The notes under the pieces were generated by a model. The model searched no databases. It was not told where the DNA came from and saw only the letters and a list, made by a program, of their open reading frames with translations. A DNA stretch of 24,240 nucleotides from NCBI GenBank assembly GCA_024626585.2, contig JANKJI020000004.1, positions 178,428,886-178,453,125 on the forward strand, written 5' to 3'. Shown here in pieces: positions 1-12,030 of this stretch. Position 1 is the first letter of the stretch. The number at the start of each line of letters is the position of its first letter. This stretch comes from Ginkgo biloba (lineage: Eukaryota > Plantae > Ginkgophyta). The translations under genes were made by a program, and so were the position numbers.

Positions 1-216
1 TTAACTAACTTAAACTAGCTTAAAGCTAATTAATAAATATACTTTATTAGCTCATGCTAAATAAAGTAACAAGAGAGCTAATATGTGCTAGTGAGCGAAA
101 ATTCTAGAATGTCACAAAGCTCTCTTAGTTCCCTATGGTCATAGTCCCTTAATGAGATTGACTCTATAGAACCATATGTTAGCTCTCTAAAGATCATCAA
201 TCGTCTATGTTTTAGT

Positions 217-350
217 GTGCATGTGGTCTACCTACTGGAACTTTGTCAAATTCAAGAATTTAATAGGAAACACGTGCTCACACACATCACTTTTATTATA
301 TAGAGATAAGATTTTTAATTGGAGAAATCCTCATGGGGAATAAAACTCCA
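217..350 (-). repeat. LTR-like dispersed repeat, inverted copy of 4802-4928
   Basis: Reverse complement of 308-350 (tggagttttattccccatgaggatttctccaattaaaaatctt) aligns with 4802-4844 (tggaattttattccccatgagggtttctctagttaaacatctc); collinear anchors atgtgtgtg, cttgaattt and taga..acatgca continue the match. LTR identity is inference. Confidence 0.7.
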
Positions 351-675
351 GAATTCATTAATAACAAAGATTATAATAGGAATAACTTCATTCTCGCGCC
401 TTTGCTTCTGTCTTTGAGTTTTAACTCATAGAGATTTACACAGTAATTTAATTTTTCCCTCTTTGTCTTCATTATCCTTTTCTCTTTGCATCTAGTGAAT
501 TCTCTCTCCCTTTCTATCTGTTCCTCAGTATCTTCTTGGCCCATTTTTCATTGAATGTTGATTCCAATTTATAACTATTCGAGTAGTTAAATCATCACGT
601 ACTAAACAATCAAATTATGTTTTAGATTTTTGTCAATTGTCGGTTAACCTCTATCAATATTCAAACTCTCTGTTA

Positions 676-822
676 ATGTCAGTCTTTAGCCTACCCATCG
701 ATGTCAGTCTTTATCCTTTCTATCAATGTTGATCTTCATCCTTCTCGTCGGTGTTAGTCTTTAGGGGTTAGTCTTAATCCTTCCCATCGATGTCAATTTC
801 TAATCTCTTCGTCAATGTTAGT
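676..822. repeat. Degenerate 25-bp tandem repeat, about 6 copies
   Basis: Units start at 676 (atgtcagtctttagcctacccatcg), 701 (atgtcagtctttatcctttctatca), 726 (atgttgatcttcatccttctcgtcg), 751 (truncated), 765 (gggttagtcttaatccttcccatcg), 790 (atgtcaatttctaatctcttcgtca), 815 (partial). Confidence 0.85.
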
Positions 823-1950
823 GGGATTTGGAACACTTTGGCATCCTATATCCGACATCTTGTCTCCAAAAATAATTGTTTGTCCCTTCCTTTGGATCTG
901 AAAAATGGGTGAATTGCCAAAACATCATTATGTGATTGCAGTCATAGAGAATTTATGCAAAAGTCATAAGGAATTTGTACAAAATTTGTTCAATCGAACA
1001 ACATATTTGATCAAATATATAGCACAAATTGGGGGTCCTTAACTCAAAAATCATGTAANNNNNNNNNNNNNNNNNNNNNNNNNNNNNNNNNNNNNNNNNN
1101 NNNNNNNNNNNNNNNNNNNNNNNNNNNNNNNNNNNNNNNNNNNNNNNNNNNNNNNNNNGATACCAATTCTTTTGCAGTTATGAATTCTCTTGTTGATAGG
1201 AAGGTGTTCATGATTGAGATATTTTATCGAATATATTATATGCATCCTTACTTTTTATTCAATTATACCTTTTCTTGTTTATGAAAAAAATAATTGCAAA
1301 CCCATATGTGTTATATCTCCATGTATTTACACATAATAAAATTAAATGTTTTATCTATGAAAAAAAAATAGTTTCACTAAAAAACATACAAAAAAAATAA
1401 CTCTCCCTTAGTCTAAATAAATCCATATCCAACTACCACACTACCCCACCATGTGAGAAAATCATTAAATTTAGGTCAAACTCTTCTTAGATCAAATAAT
1501 TTATGCCTTACTGTCAAAAAATAATTGAATATGGCATGACATTTTAAATGAATATGGAATCTGATAATGAGTATGGATATTGGTGTAGAATTTATTCAAT
1601 CCAATAATTTATTTGATCAAATAATTTAAATTTTAAATAATCACATAATATAATTTTAAATTGAAATTTTGGGCAACTAGTCATTCAGTTGAGAAAATTA
1701 TTTAACCAAAAAATTGTTTAATCGAATAATTGCCTAGCTTAATCTTTTCACACTACTTTTCTAAAAACATGATATTGTTAGCACACTTTAATCCTATATG
1801 AATCAATAGTACAAAGAATAAGTATTATGTCCAAGCTTCTCAAATTTTATGTTAATTGGGATTAGGAATTTGAAGGAGTTGAATTCTAAGGCTTAAATAA
1901 ATATACCATCTACCATTAAATATATAACCCAAGAAATTTAATGGAGTGAG

Positions 1951-3255
1951 ATTTTATAGGAGTATGATTATGTCTTTGAAAAATATAGGAATTGTTTCAA
2001 TAAGGCCTATTTTTCCTACTATTAATCTACTTCTAAGAATAACTTTATCAAATGGGATTCCATATAAAAAATCAATTTGGTGTATAAATAAATCTAAAGA
2101 TAATTACAAGAATTATTAAAGAAGGGTCATATTAATCCTAGTGCATCTCATTATAGATTTCTAATTATTTTTTTGTTAAATAAAAATGGAACTCAACAAA
2201 TATTCATCAACTTTGAGCCATCAATAAGGTAATTATAAAGAATTATTATCCTTTACCATGTATCAATGACTTTCTTGATCAACTTCAAGGAGAAAGATTC
2301 TTTATAAAAATCAACTTTAAGTTTGGGTACCACCAAGTCCTCATTAAGGAGGAATATTCATGGAATACTACTTTTAAAATAGGATAAGTTATTTTAGAAT
2401 GGCTAGTCATATCCTTGAGACTAACCAATGTACAAGACACTTTTATGAGGTTGATGAACATTATTCTTAGNNNNNNNNNNNNNNNNNNNTATTAATGACA
2501 TATTACTTTTTACCTATACTTGGGAGGAGAACCATGCACATCTAAAGAGAGTATTATAGAAGTTAGGGGAGATTAAAATACAAACAAACATAGGTAAGTG
2601 CAATATACCATGCATAGAGTTTCTTACCTTGGTTTTATTGTAGATGAGAATGGGCTAATGATAGTTCTAGAAAAAAATGGAGTTTTATGAGATTGGAAGA
2701 AACTTATTAATATCTAATTTTCTTGGTTTATCTAATTTAAATAGGTAATCCGTATAAACCTTTTTTGATATTAATTATTAACCAACTCATAAAGGTAAAG
2801 AATGATTTTATGTTAAAAAAGGATTATTGAGATGCTTTCAACTTATTGAAGCGTAAGTTATGCATCACACCAATTTTATCTATGCCAAACTTATAATTGA
2901 AATTTAAAATAGAATTTAATGCATTCGGTTATGCTATTGAGGAAGTACTCACATACTTCAGTAAGCCAATTGCCTATCATTCTAAATCTTATATTGATGT
3001 AATTCAAAGGAATAATATATACTATAAGGATATCTAAGTTATAATGCAAGGTATTAAACATTAAAAGTACTATATCATTGGTAAGGAAACCATCATCTAT
3101 TTAATCCATCAACCACATTCATTTTTTCACTCTCAGACCAAGTTGGAGGACCATCACCACATTAAGTGGATGGACTATCTATAATGTTCTACATCATTAT
3201 TAGATATAAAAAGGGGAGTATAAATAATGTAGCTAATATATTTAGTCATCCACCT
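1951..3255 (+). mobile_element. Decayed Ty3/gypsy (chromovirus-type) pol: reverse transcriptase + RNase H pseudogene
   Basis: Manual translation: LQELLKKGHINPSAS, NKVIIKNYYPLPCINDFLDQLQGERFFIKINFKFGYHQV, EWLVISLRLTNVQDTFMRLMN, degenerate YxDD as (Y)INDILLF at ~2490, VSYLGFIV, RNase H KPIAYHS...KYYIIGKETIIY...IRYKKGSINNVANIFSHPP. Many stops and frameshifts. Confidence 0.95.
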
Positions 3256-3627
3256 ATTTATTTCTTACTACAAGTATTGAACACTAAATATGATGTGCCA
3301 TTAATTAAGTGGGAGATATATTTTGGTTCTATGGGGTCTAATATTATTGAGGAGGCTATGACCATGAGGAATCTATTTAGAATTTTTTATTATTGTGGGT
3401 TTTTTTTCACTAGATTCTCTTTATTTTATTATCCATTGGCTAATTCTGAAAAATGTGTGTGCATTGGCATGTTACTATTTTGTTCATGCCTATTAATGTA
3501 TTGCCTATTATTTGTGAGGTTAGCATANNNNNNNNNNNNNNNNNNNNNNNNNNNNNNNNNNNNNNNNNNNNNNNNNNNNNNNNNNNNNNNNNNNNNNNNN
3601 NNNNNNNNNNNNNNNNNNNNNNNNNNN

Positions 3628-3866
3628 ATTCTCATGCCTCCATGCTATGTATAAAGAATTTACCTATATAAATACATATTACAATATGTAACAAACATTT
3701 CTGGATATGACACTTGTCTGGTAAATACTGACATGTGTCACCTTAGGGATTGACCTGAAGATGACTCACCCCTATGAAACATTAACCCTTATTAAATGTA
3801 TTAGTTATAATAACATTGGGTTATGATCCCAGTTACAATATGTAAACATTAATTTATATTCTAACA
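3628..3866. mobile_element. LTR end (..ctaaca) abutting a Tat/Ogre RT
   Basis: Non-coding stretch ends in ctaaca (canonical CA terminus) at 3866 and RT homology starts abruptly mid-domain at 3867; shares tgacactt motif with the LTR at 6142-6402. Confidence 0.6.
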
Positions 3867-4415
3867 AATTCACCACTTCATGGGGTACTTTTTCTTATCA
3901 TGTTATGCCTTGTTGTTTGTTGAACGTTGGTGCTACCTATCAAAAATCCATGATGAAGAATTTTTATGATATTTTAAATCAATATTTTAATGATTACCTT
4001 GATGATTTGATTTTCAAGTCCCATAAACATCATGATCATTTTAAAATATTATGTATTATTTTTTATAGGTGTTGAAGGTATAGTATTTTATTAAATCCTC
4101 ATAAATTCATCCTAGGTGTCTATTCTAGATGTATTTTGGGTTATATTATTTTTGATAAAAGATTACATGTTAAAGCTACTAAAATCACATTTATTATGTA
4201 TCACCCTCCACCTGCTAACATGACACAACTCAAATCCTACAGTAGTTATCAAGGGTTTTTTCAAGATTGTAATTTTCTTACACCACATGACCAAATATAA
4301 AAATCTTTTCCATTAGAATTCCACTTCCCAACAAGATTTTGATGACATTAGAAAGGCCTTATTAACTAATACAATTCTCATGCCACCTGGTTTTATCTTA
4401 TACATTTTTACTTCT
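3867..4415 (+). mobile_element. Decayed Ty3/gypsy (Tat/Ogre-type) reverse transcriptase fragment
   Basis: Translation TTSWGTFSYHVMPCCLLNVGATYQKSM...NDYLDDLIFKS...RC*RYSILLNPHKF...LGYII...PPPANMTQLKS...QQDFDDIRKALLTNTILMPP; YLDD intact at 3995-4006; WGTF.Y.VMP and NAGATYQ motifs are non-chromovirus type. Confidence 0.93.
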
Positions 4416-4801
4416 ATAGTGGACCTTAGTTGAGTCCTCATATAAGAAGATTTGTTACACATTGAACATAGCTCCTTTAAGTGACCAAGAAGAAAATGGG
4501 GATCCAAGGAGTTTATAAGGATCTTTGATCTCAATGTCTTCTTGGATGTATTCCTGATTAAAAAATAATACGCATGAAGGAAATCATAATAGTAAGTTTA
4601 AATTCCTTTGATAGTTACAAAAATAACCAAAAGGTAGTTAAATATTACAAAAGAGGAGAGAGTCTTTAGGAGAGAAAAAAAAGTTCCACTTAATTGTGTA
4701 CTAGTATTTTATGTACAAAGACCTATGAGTTTCACCATAAGACCTAGGAATATGCACATAAATTTATAATATTTTATTGAATGAATGTTTTAATACCAAT
4801 T

Positions 4802-4928
4802 TGGAATTTTATTCCCCATGAGGGTTTCTCTAGTTAAACATCTCGTTGTATTTGTATAAATATTTATGTGTGTGTTCCAATTTATTTGCTCTTGAATTTT
4901 TTGATTCAAATACTAGAACTACATGCAT
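4802..4928 (+). repeat. LTR-like dispersed repeat, related to 217-350
   Basis: See 217-350; same family in opposite orientation. Confidence 0.7.
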
Positions 4929-5030
4929 GANNNNNNNNNNNNNNNNNNNNNNNNNNNNNNNNNNNNNNNNNNNNNNNNNNNNNNNNNNNNNNNNNNNNNN
5001 NNNNNNNNNNNNNNNNNNNNNNNNNNNNNN

Positions 5031-6402
5031 GCCACATTTTGTTGTTCAATCCACAACATTCAGATCTACCTAAGATTTAGTAATAGATGGAAATGCCCCA
5101 ACTAAAAAAAAAAAAATCAAACTAAACACCAAATTTCCATGGGAGATAGATGCCTCTGTTAGACTTTCCACACCATGGCTACATTTTCCTTATTTTTCTA
5201 TGTTTGACGCTTTCAATGGGCCACCATTGGTTCTCAACATTATTTTAAATCTATAGGCAATTCCTTCAACCAAACCATAGTCATCACATGTATTCACCAT
5301 GACTGCCACTTCTTCTTCCTAACAGTTTTACTTATGTTCATGTGGCCCAACATTTTCTCTCAAGTCACCCAACTATTATTCAATGCATACAACAAACCAT
5401 TGTCATTCAACTACATGAAACCTTTACAACAACAATGGCCTATATTCATGGTTCCTTGAATTTTGATTTACATAGGATTGGAAATGGTTTTCAAGTTTGC
5501 TACAAAACCACCTGCCATGAATGCCAAACCAAGTTTTCAATCTTCTCTGCAAACTCTGCCATCCAACAGTTAACTAACTCATCCGAATAATACACATTTA
5601 GAAAATAGAGCTATCTTTAGTCACAAATAATGGTCACCCTCACACTATTTTTCAGTAAACCATCACCATGGCTATTAAAATAATTCTGTAATCAACACTA
5701 TACCCATAATCCATAACATGGTTTTAATAGATTTTAATACACTTTCCAAACTTAGCCATAAATTCAACTGTCAATTCTGGTCATATAAAATCTTCAACGG
5801 AGGTGCTCCATCTGCCATAAACCTGCTGCAACTAGTTACAATGCCAAGCCTATATCCAAGGTTTTTTAAGCACTCTAGTAACTTCACCATGCATCCTTCC
5901 AGGTCTTCTAGTAGCTTAGAAAATGGATTTATATCCATATGCAACTACTACCAATTACAATGGCTATGACCAAGCTCAACCGTTCTAAGCATTCCTAATG
6001 ACTCCAGGTAGCTTGCATGCATAAACCTGCAAATCCAAAAAAATAAAACAAAGCACCAAAACATTCATTCACCGAACTAGCTCCCACATAGTCAATCCAA
6101 CTAGCTCTCCAAGATCTTCAACCAAGAGCTCTAATACCAATTGTAGAATTAACATTCATTAATAAACAATAAATGCAACCATAATGGATGATCAATTAAA
6201 AAAGACTCAACTTTGAAAGTGGAATTTTTTACCCCAAGCCAAACTGAGACCAATGGCCAGGCACTATATTCCATTAAGCTTGATCCTTAAATACATCACA
6301 TCCATTACTTTAGGACTGGCACTTTATACTTTCATGCACTGTGACACTTGGCATGCATGAAAAACCTTGCGTAGAAATATTTGATTAATTATTTTTCTAC
6401 CA
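5031..6402 (-). mobile_element. 5' end of an LTR retroelement: short LTR (~6142-6402), PBS and internal region with no recognisable gag
   Basis: Minus strand reads ...ttctaCA-at-TGGTATTAGAGC; on the plus strand the LTR runs tgtagaa (6142) to ttctacca (6402), an imperfect terminal inverted repeat. Confidence 0.7.
6128..6139 (-). promoter_or_regulatory. Primer-binding site, initiator tRNA-Met type
   Basis: TGGTATTAGAGC, one mismatch from the canonical plant TGGTATCAGAGC, 2 nt after an LTR CA end. Confidence 0.85.
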
Positions 6403-6628
6403 GTAAAGATCCAATTCTATCCTATGGCCTATGAAGAGGAGTAATGTTTTTTATGGTATTACCTGAGNNNNNNNNNNNNNNNNNNNNNNNNNNNNNNNNN
6501 NNNNNNNNNNNNNNNNNNNNNNNNNNNNNNNNNNNNNNNNNNNNNNNNNNNNNNNNNNNNNNNNNNNGGTACTATGAGATTCTTTCTTGACCCTAAAATT
6601 TTGGTAATAATCTTTTCTTTTTCAAGTA

Positions 6629-8012
6629 GTAGAATATTTTTTTTATGTAGTAGCTTTGTAGTTATATCTAGGCTAGAAATCCTATTCCAGGGTTTTAAAA
6701 TATTTTAGAGAGTTATCATTTTTGGCTAAGCATGCTTGGTGGTGAGTCAAATTATGAAGTGAGGTGATTTAGTTACTAATACCTAGGCCTTAGACAATAT
6801 CTGCAGATGGAATTGAGATTCCATGTACCCTTAGGTATATTAGAACATATGCTAGGCATAGGAGAAACTTAGCCATAGAAATTTTTTGACTATTTGTAAT
6901 CTATAGTGCACCGGTTAATAGTTAGCATCAGGAAGTTACTCTCATTTTACCTCAGAGATGGGATAGTGAAACTATGGGTACGATGGAACCCTCTGTAGTT
7001 AGTTGTCCAAAATATTAGGTCAGTCACTATCTATGTTTGAGATAAGTATAATAGAAAGCCTTACAAAACAAACACTCCCAGATCTAGTATTCCTAAACAT
7101 AAGGTTAAACTACTCTAATTTTATAGTAAGCAACTTCTATCATTCTTTGAGTACTCTATTATAAATTTAGAGTTCAATCCATTCAACATAGACTATTAGT
7201 TCAACATAATAGAGATACAATAGTGTAGCAGAAGATAAATAGTTTGGCAGAGAATTGGGGGCCCTATAGTAAGACATCATAGGCCATACAGAGAAGGAAT
7301 ATATCATATCCCAGACGAAGAAGGAGTTTGAAGTAAAGTTTGAGAAGACATTAGACATCATCAATTCATTTGAGAAGAAATTGACACTAGAGGTGAGAGT
7401 TAAAGAATAGGTGGAGAATCAACTTTAAGAGAGCTAGAGACTTATCAAAGTCCTACAAGTCCACTTGAAGGTGGAAAGGGACCACAATAGTAAGATGGAA
7501 GGAAAGTTGAAGGACTATAAGGGGATACTTAATGCAGTAGAATAATCCATCTATGAGATGGTAGATGAAAGAGAGAATTTTAAGGAGGAATTAGATAAGT
7601 GGACTCCTAAATTTTAAGAAACAATACATAAACAATACAATAATTAAAGGTGAATTTACCCACATAGATAGAGCCTATAACAAAAATACCTATTGATTTG
7701 GAAGATCCCCAGAATGACATTAGGAAATTCAAAATTAAACTTAGGAAAATGGAGGATCGGGTCAATAAAAAGGTAGAATTGGGTTATCGGTCAGTTGACT
7801 GTAGAGCCCTCAACTATGTGCATGTCATGCTCTTTAGGGAAAAGTTTCTCAGATTCTAGCTAAAAACCATGTTGTAGTTATACTATCCTAGTCCTATTTT
7901 CCAGTCTCTCATAAAAAATGTTGGGGAATCTAGCACAACATATCAATCCATAATATGGCTAGGAGCTCCTTACAACAATGAGACTATATAGGATGAACTT
8001 CTAGGAGGATGT
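6629..8012 (+). pseudogene. Decayed extra ORF, coiled-coil C-terminal half, possible plant mobile domain N-terminal part
   Basis: Frame 7141-7650 reads KEFEVKFEKTLDIINSFEKKLTLEVRVKE*VENQL*ES*RLIKVLQVHLKVERDHNSKMEGKLKDYKGILNAVE*SIYEMVDERENFKEELDKW with all 14 stops TAA/TAG (ex-Gln codons by inference). Frame from 6629 reads VEYFFYVVAL*LYLG*K...AWW...CTLRYIRTY, weakly like the PMD C-terminal motif. Confidence 0.55.
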
Positions 8013-9399
8013 AATCTTTGAGAAGTCATGTATNNNNNNNNNNNNNNNNNNNNNNNNNNNNNNNNNNNNNNNNNNNNNNNNNNNNNNNNNNNNNNNNNNN
8101 NNNNNNNNNNNNNNNNNNNNNNNNNNNNNNNNNNNNNNNNNNNNNNNNNNNNNNNNNNNNNNNNNNNNNNNNNNNNNNNNNNNNNNNNNNNNNNNNNNNN
8201 NNNNNNNNNNNNNNNNNNNNNNNNNNNNNNNNNNNNNNNNNNNNNNNNNNNNNNNNNNNNNNNNNNNNNNNNNNNNNNNNNNNNNNNNNNNNNNNNNNNN
8301 NNNNNNNNNNNNNNNNNNNNNNNNNNNNNNNNNNNNNNNNNNNNNNNNNNNNNNNNNNNNNNNNNNNNNNNNNNNNNNNNNNNNNNNNNNNNNNNNNNNN
8401 NNNNNNNNNNNNNNNNNNNNNNNNNNNNNNNNNNNNNNNNNNNNNNNNNNNNNNNNNNNNNNNNNNNNNNNNNNNNNNNNNNNNNNNNNNNNNNNNNNNN
8501 NNNNNNNNNNNNNNNNNNNNNNNNNNNNNNNNNNNNNNNNNNNNNNNNNNNNNNNNNNNNNNNNNNNNNNNNNNNNNNNNNNNNNNNNNNNNNNNNNNNN
8601 NNNNNNNNNNNNNNNNNNNNNNNNNNNNNNNNNNNNNNNNNNNNNNNNNNNNNNNNNNNNNNNNNNNNNNNNNNNNNNNNNNNNNNNNNNNNNNNNNNNN
8701 NNNNNNNNNNNNNNNNNNNNNNNNNNNNNNNNNNNNNNNNNNNNNNNNNNNNNNNNNNNNNNNNNNNNNNNNNNNNNNNNNNNNNNNNNNNNNNNNNNNN
8801 NNNNNNNNNNNNNNNNNNNNNGTAGGTACTGTATGTGGAGGCTCGGTTGGAAGGAAAAATTTATCAAGTTGTCCCCCCTGAAACTCAACATCTAAAACCT
8901 ACATCCAATCATCTTCATCATAAATACCTATTTTGGATATTTTAAGAACCTAATATGGATTATATAGGCCCTCATTCTAACATGTTAGGAATTTTCCCTT
9001 TATAATGCATTCTTACTCCCATTATACTAACTTATTTTTCCTATTATGAACCATCCTAAGTGGATTTTTTTTTTATAAGTCTTATTCATCATAGATCTAA
9101 TTTAGGATAGATTTCTAATTATTAAATGATCAAATACTAATAATATCCTAATTACATAAAGGATAGATAATAGTAAATTAACCCTCCATTGGTAAGACCA
9201 TGTCTAATGTAATAGGGATACCCCTAATTATCCACTCCTTTTGATTGATAAAATTAATATGGGTAATCATCCCATTACCACTTAGATATAAACAACCTAT
9301 TTGAAATAAAAATAACTACGTTAGCTTCACTTAACTAAGGTGGGGTAATTCCACCATTATAAATTAAATTTCACTAACACCCTTATAACATCTACTTAT

Positions 9400-10790
9400 A
9401 CAATCGTTATCACTCTTTTTAGGGAGACTTATCTTAAATCAAATGCTACTAGAGTTATTAGGAATAGATCCATTATGGTCAATCTAAGGTGATCCATTAC
9501 TTGGAGTTAAATAATATCTATTGATGATATCTCATCCACTACTATTTCTTGGAGAGTATTCTCCCTAATAGTGAATTTCACTAAGAAATATCCTAGATCT
9601 ATATTAGTATAGAAGATTCGTGAGGAGATATGATGGCCCTTAATTGATTGAAATTATTCTCCTAAAGATAGTACAATGTTTAATAATTATTTTATGGATA
9701 TGTTTTCCTATATATGTGTTGCATCTTTCCATAATGAACTAGGCAAAACTAACATTCTTACTATTAGAGTCTTGAAGTCAATATGGGAGGCAGAAGCCAT
9801 AGTCTGGGACTAGATAGAATTTGCAGGTTCATCAACCATCACTACATCTACCATTTCCCTTATAGGTATTAGATCAAGTAGTTTTGATATAGAATTAACA
9901 TTAATCATCACTAGTGGTATATTATTAGTTAATGGTGGAGGCACATGCTATGGATCAAGATCAATAGGATGATAGACATAGGAAAAATATTATTATAGTA
10001 CAGCTAATACTCTATAAATTAGGGTTATATTTTTTACACCTTAAATTAGTGGGTTATACACATAAATATGTTATATATTAGGTGTTCAATCTATATGAAA
10101 TGGTCTAATCAATTTTTTATTCTCTTACAGAACCATAAGGTATGTTGGTTGAGGAGGATCTATCCTTAGGCATTAGCCTTTCCTAAGGTCATATACTCAA
10201 CAAACATTATAATAATCATTACTTTTAGGAAACTTGTATAGGGGGTAATCACATTGATAATTAGAGAAATATGGAAGGTACTAATAGTATTATCTAGAAT
10301 GGATATTTACCTAATAATGAGTGACAAAAAGGATAGGTCTACTAATACAATAACTTGTTTCTCTTCATCCACCAGCATGGGAACCATACCATCCATATAT
10401 TACACATCCTATTTGGGGATACTGAGATGGAATATGATCATATTAATTACTTATATGATTACCCTCATATTAAGGTGAGAAATGAACTGCATGATTGCAG
10501 TTGATGATTTTATTATTGACCTTAATTATCCCTTAATAAATTGAATATTTTATCTGCAACTTCCCATTATGTGGCCATCGTATTATCAATTATCTATAAA
10601 GTCAATAAAGTTGTTGATTAATAAGGGACCCCACTCCTTAAGTTAGATGCATGCCCAATTGTATTACTTCTAGTAACCGTGTCACTTCAGGTTCTATAAC
10701 CTCTAATCATGCTATAGGTATCAACTATATTATATAGACTGGATATAGTTCAAACACTATATCATATGAAAAAGGAGGTTGAGGTCCTTT
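9400..10790 (-). mobile_element. Highly decayed Tat/Ogre-type gag C-terminus / gag-protease linker
   Basis: Minus-strand motifs in the expected order: PQPPFSYDIVFEL (~10785), eroded zinc knuckle NQQLY..GH..KL..KI....GIIKV (~10620-10515), LGE*FQSIKG.HISLTNLL (~9665-9605). Boundaries approximate. Confidence 0.45.
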
Positions 10791-11430
10791 AGTCAATCAT
10801 ATGGAGAAAAAATTATGATCCCTAACCCTCAAATCCATTATGGACACTATGTTCATGTCATCCTCAAAGATATAGGAAGCTTATATATCTTATTTTAATG
10901 TGTAAATATTACTCAAGAATAGAACCCACCAAGAAATAACATAAAGATCATTCTTAAAGTATTCTAGTAAGGTTTGACGATTAAACTATGTTCCCACCTT
11001 GTGTTTGTAGGAATTAAATTGATTAGCATGAGACTTATAATACTCATCCATACCTTAACATATCCCCAACAAATCCTTCAATGNNNNNNNNNNNNNNNNN
11101 NNNNNNNNNNNNNNNNNNNNNNNNNNNNNNNNNNNNNNNNNNNNNNNNNNNNNNNNNNNNNNNNNNNNNNNNNNNNNNNNNNNAAAGGAACTTTATCTAT
11201 TTCAAAGTTGTAGCGACCATGGTAAATGTAGTGGGATCTTTTTTCATTATCATCTTATTTCATTACAATAGTTAGATTTGATCTAGAGTAAGGGTTATAT
11301 TCATCATTAATTCCTTTACCTTAACCCTTCTTTGTCCTACATCTCATGTTATCCCAAAAAAAGTGACCACCACTTTGGCCACCTTATTTATTCTATACTN
11401 NNNNNNNNNNNNNNNNNNNNNNNNNNNNNN

Positions 11431-12030
11431 TTCTTAGTCTCTCTCTAGTTGCCATTATACTTTCTTTAATCTCCCTAAGGATGGATACTAGTATTTCCTT
11501 AAGAGAATACCATTATTTTTTAATCATCTACAAATGGATTTTGAGGGTGACAATATTTCTCTTCAAAATTTTCACCTTGCTCTTGTATCAATTAAGATCA
11601 AACAATATTTGAGTACTTACTACTACCAATATGGATGAGGGGGTTAAGGTCCTAATGGGATGATTACAAGGTCTAATCTCTTATGGAACCTCAATAATAA
11701 TAAGTGGATTTACTTTGGTAGGGANNNNNNNNNNNNNNNNNNNNNNNNNNNNNNNNNNNNNNNNNNNNNNNNNNNNNNNNNNNNNNNNNNNNNNNTTCCT
11801 TTTGATGAAGGTTCTCTTGCATTGCCAAATCATCTTCCAATTCAGTGACCCTCAAGGTCAACTCCATTATCGATCCCATGATCAATTCATTTACTGCCCT
11901 TGTAGTGACGAACCCCTCTATAATTTTTAATTTAGGATAAAAATATCACTTTCTCTTCTCTTAATCCTTTTTAAGGATGATAATTGACCTAAAGCTACAT
12001 TAGTGAGATCTATTCTATATTGAATAGTAC
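11431..12030 (-). pseudogene. Decayed coiled-coil ORF, probably a retroelement extra ORF
   Basis: Minus-strand translations IEGFVTTRAVNELIMGSIMELTLRVTELEDDLAMQENLHQKE and YKSKVKILKRNIVTLKIHL*MIKK*WYSLKEILVSILREIKESIMATRERLR show heptad-like E/K/L pattern. Confidence 0.45.

Noticed and set aside
676-822. CRISPR-like periodicity
   Set aside because: Units are contiguous and degenerate with no unique spacers and no cas genes; plant repeat context.
1159-1170. gatacca at the gap edge as a third minus-strand PBS
   Set aside because: Only 7 nt visible and no TG LTR terminus follows.
3166-3654. 162-aa hydrophobic ORF suggesting an env-like membrane protein after RNase H
   Set aside because: Starts in the RNase H tail, runs through T-rich low-complexity DNA and a 100-N gap; hydrophobicity is explained by base composition.
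8001-8891. Long ORFs of 265-296 aa in the ORF track
   Set aside because: Almost entirely N; artefacts of the 788-N gap. The same applies to the other X-rich ORFs.
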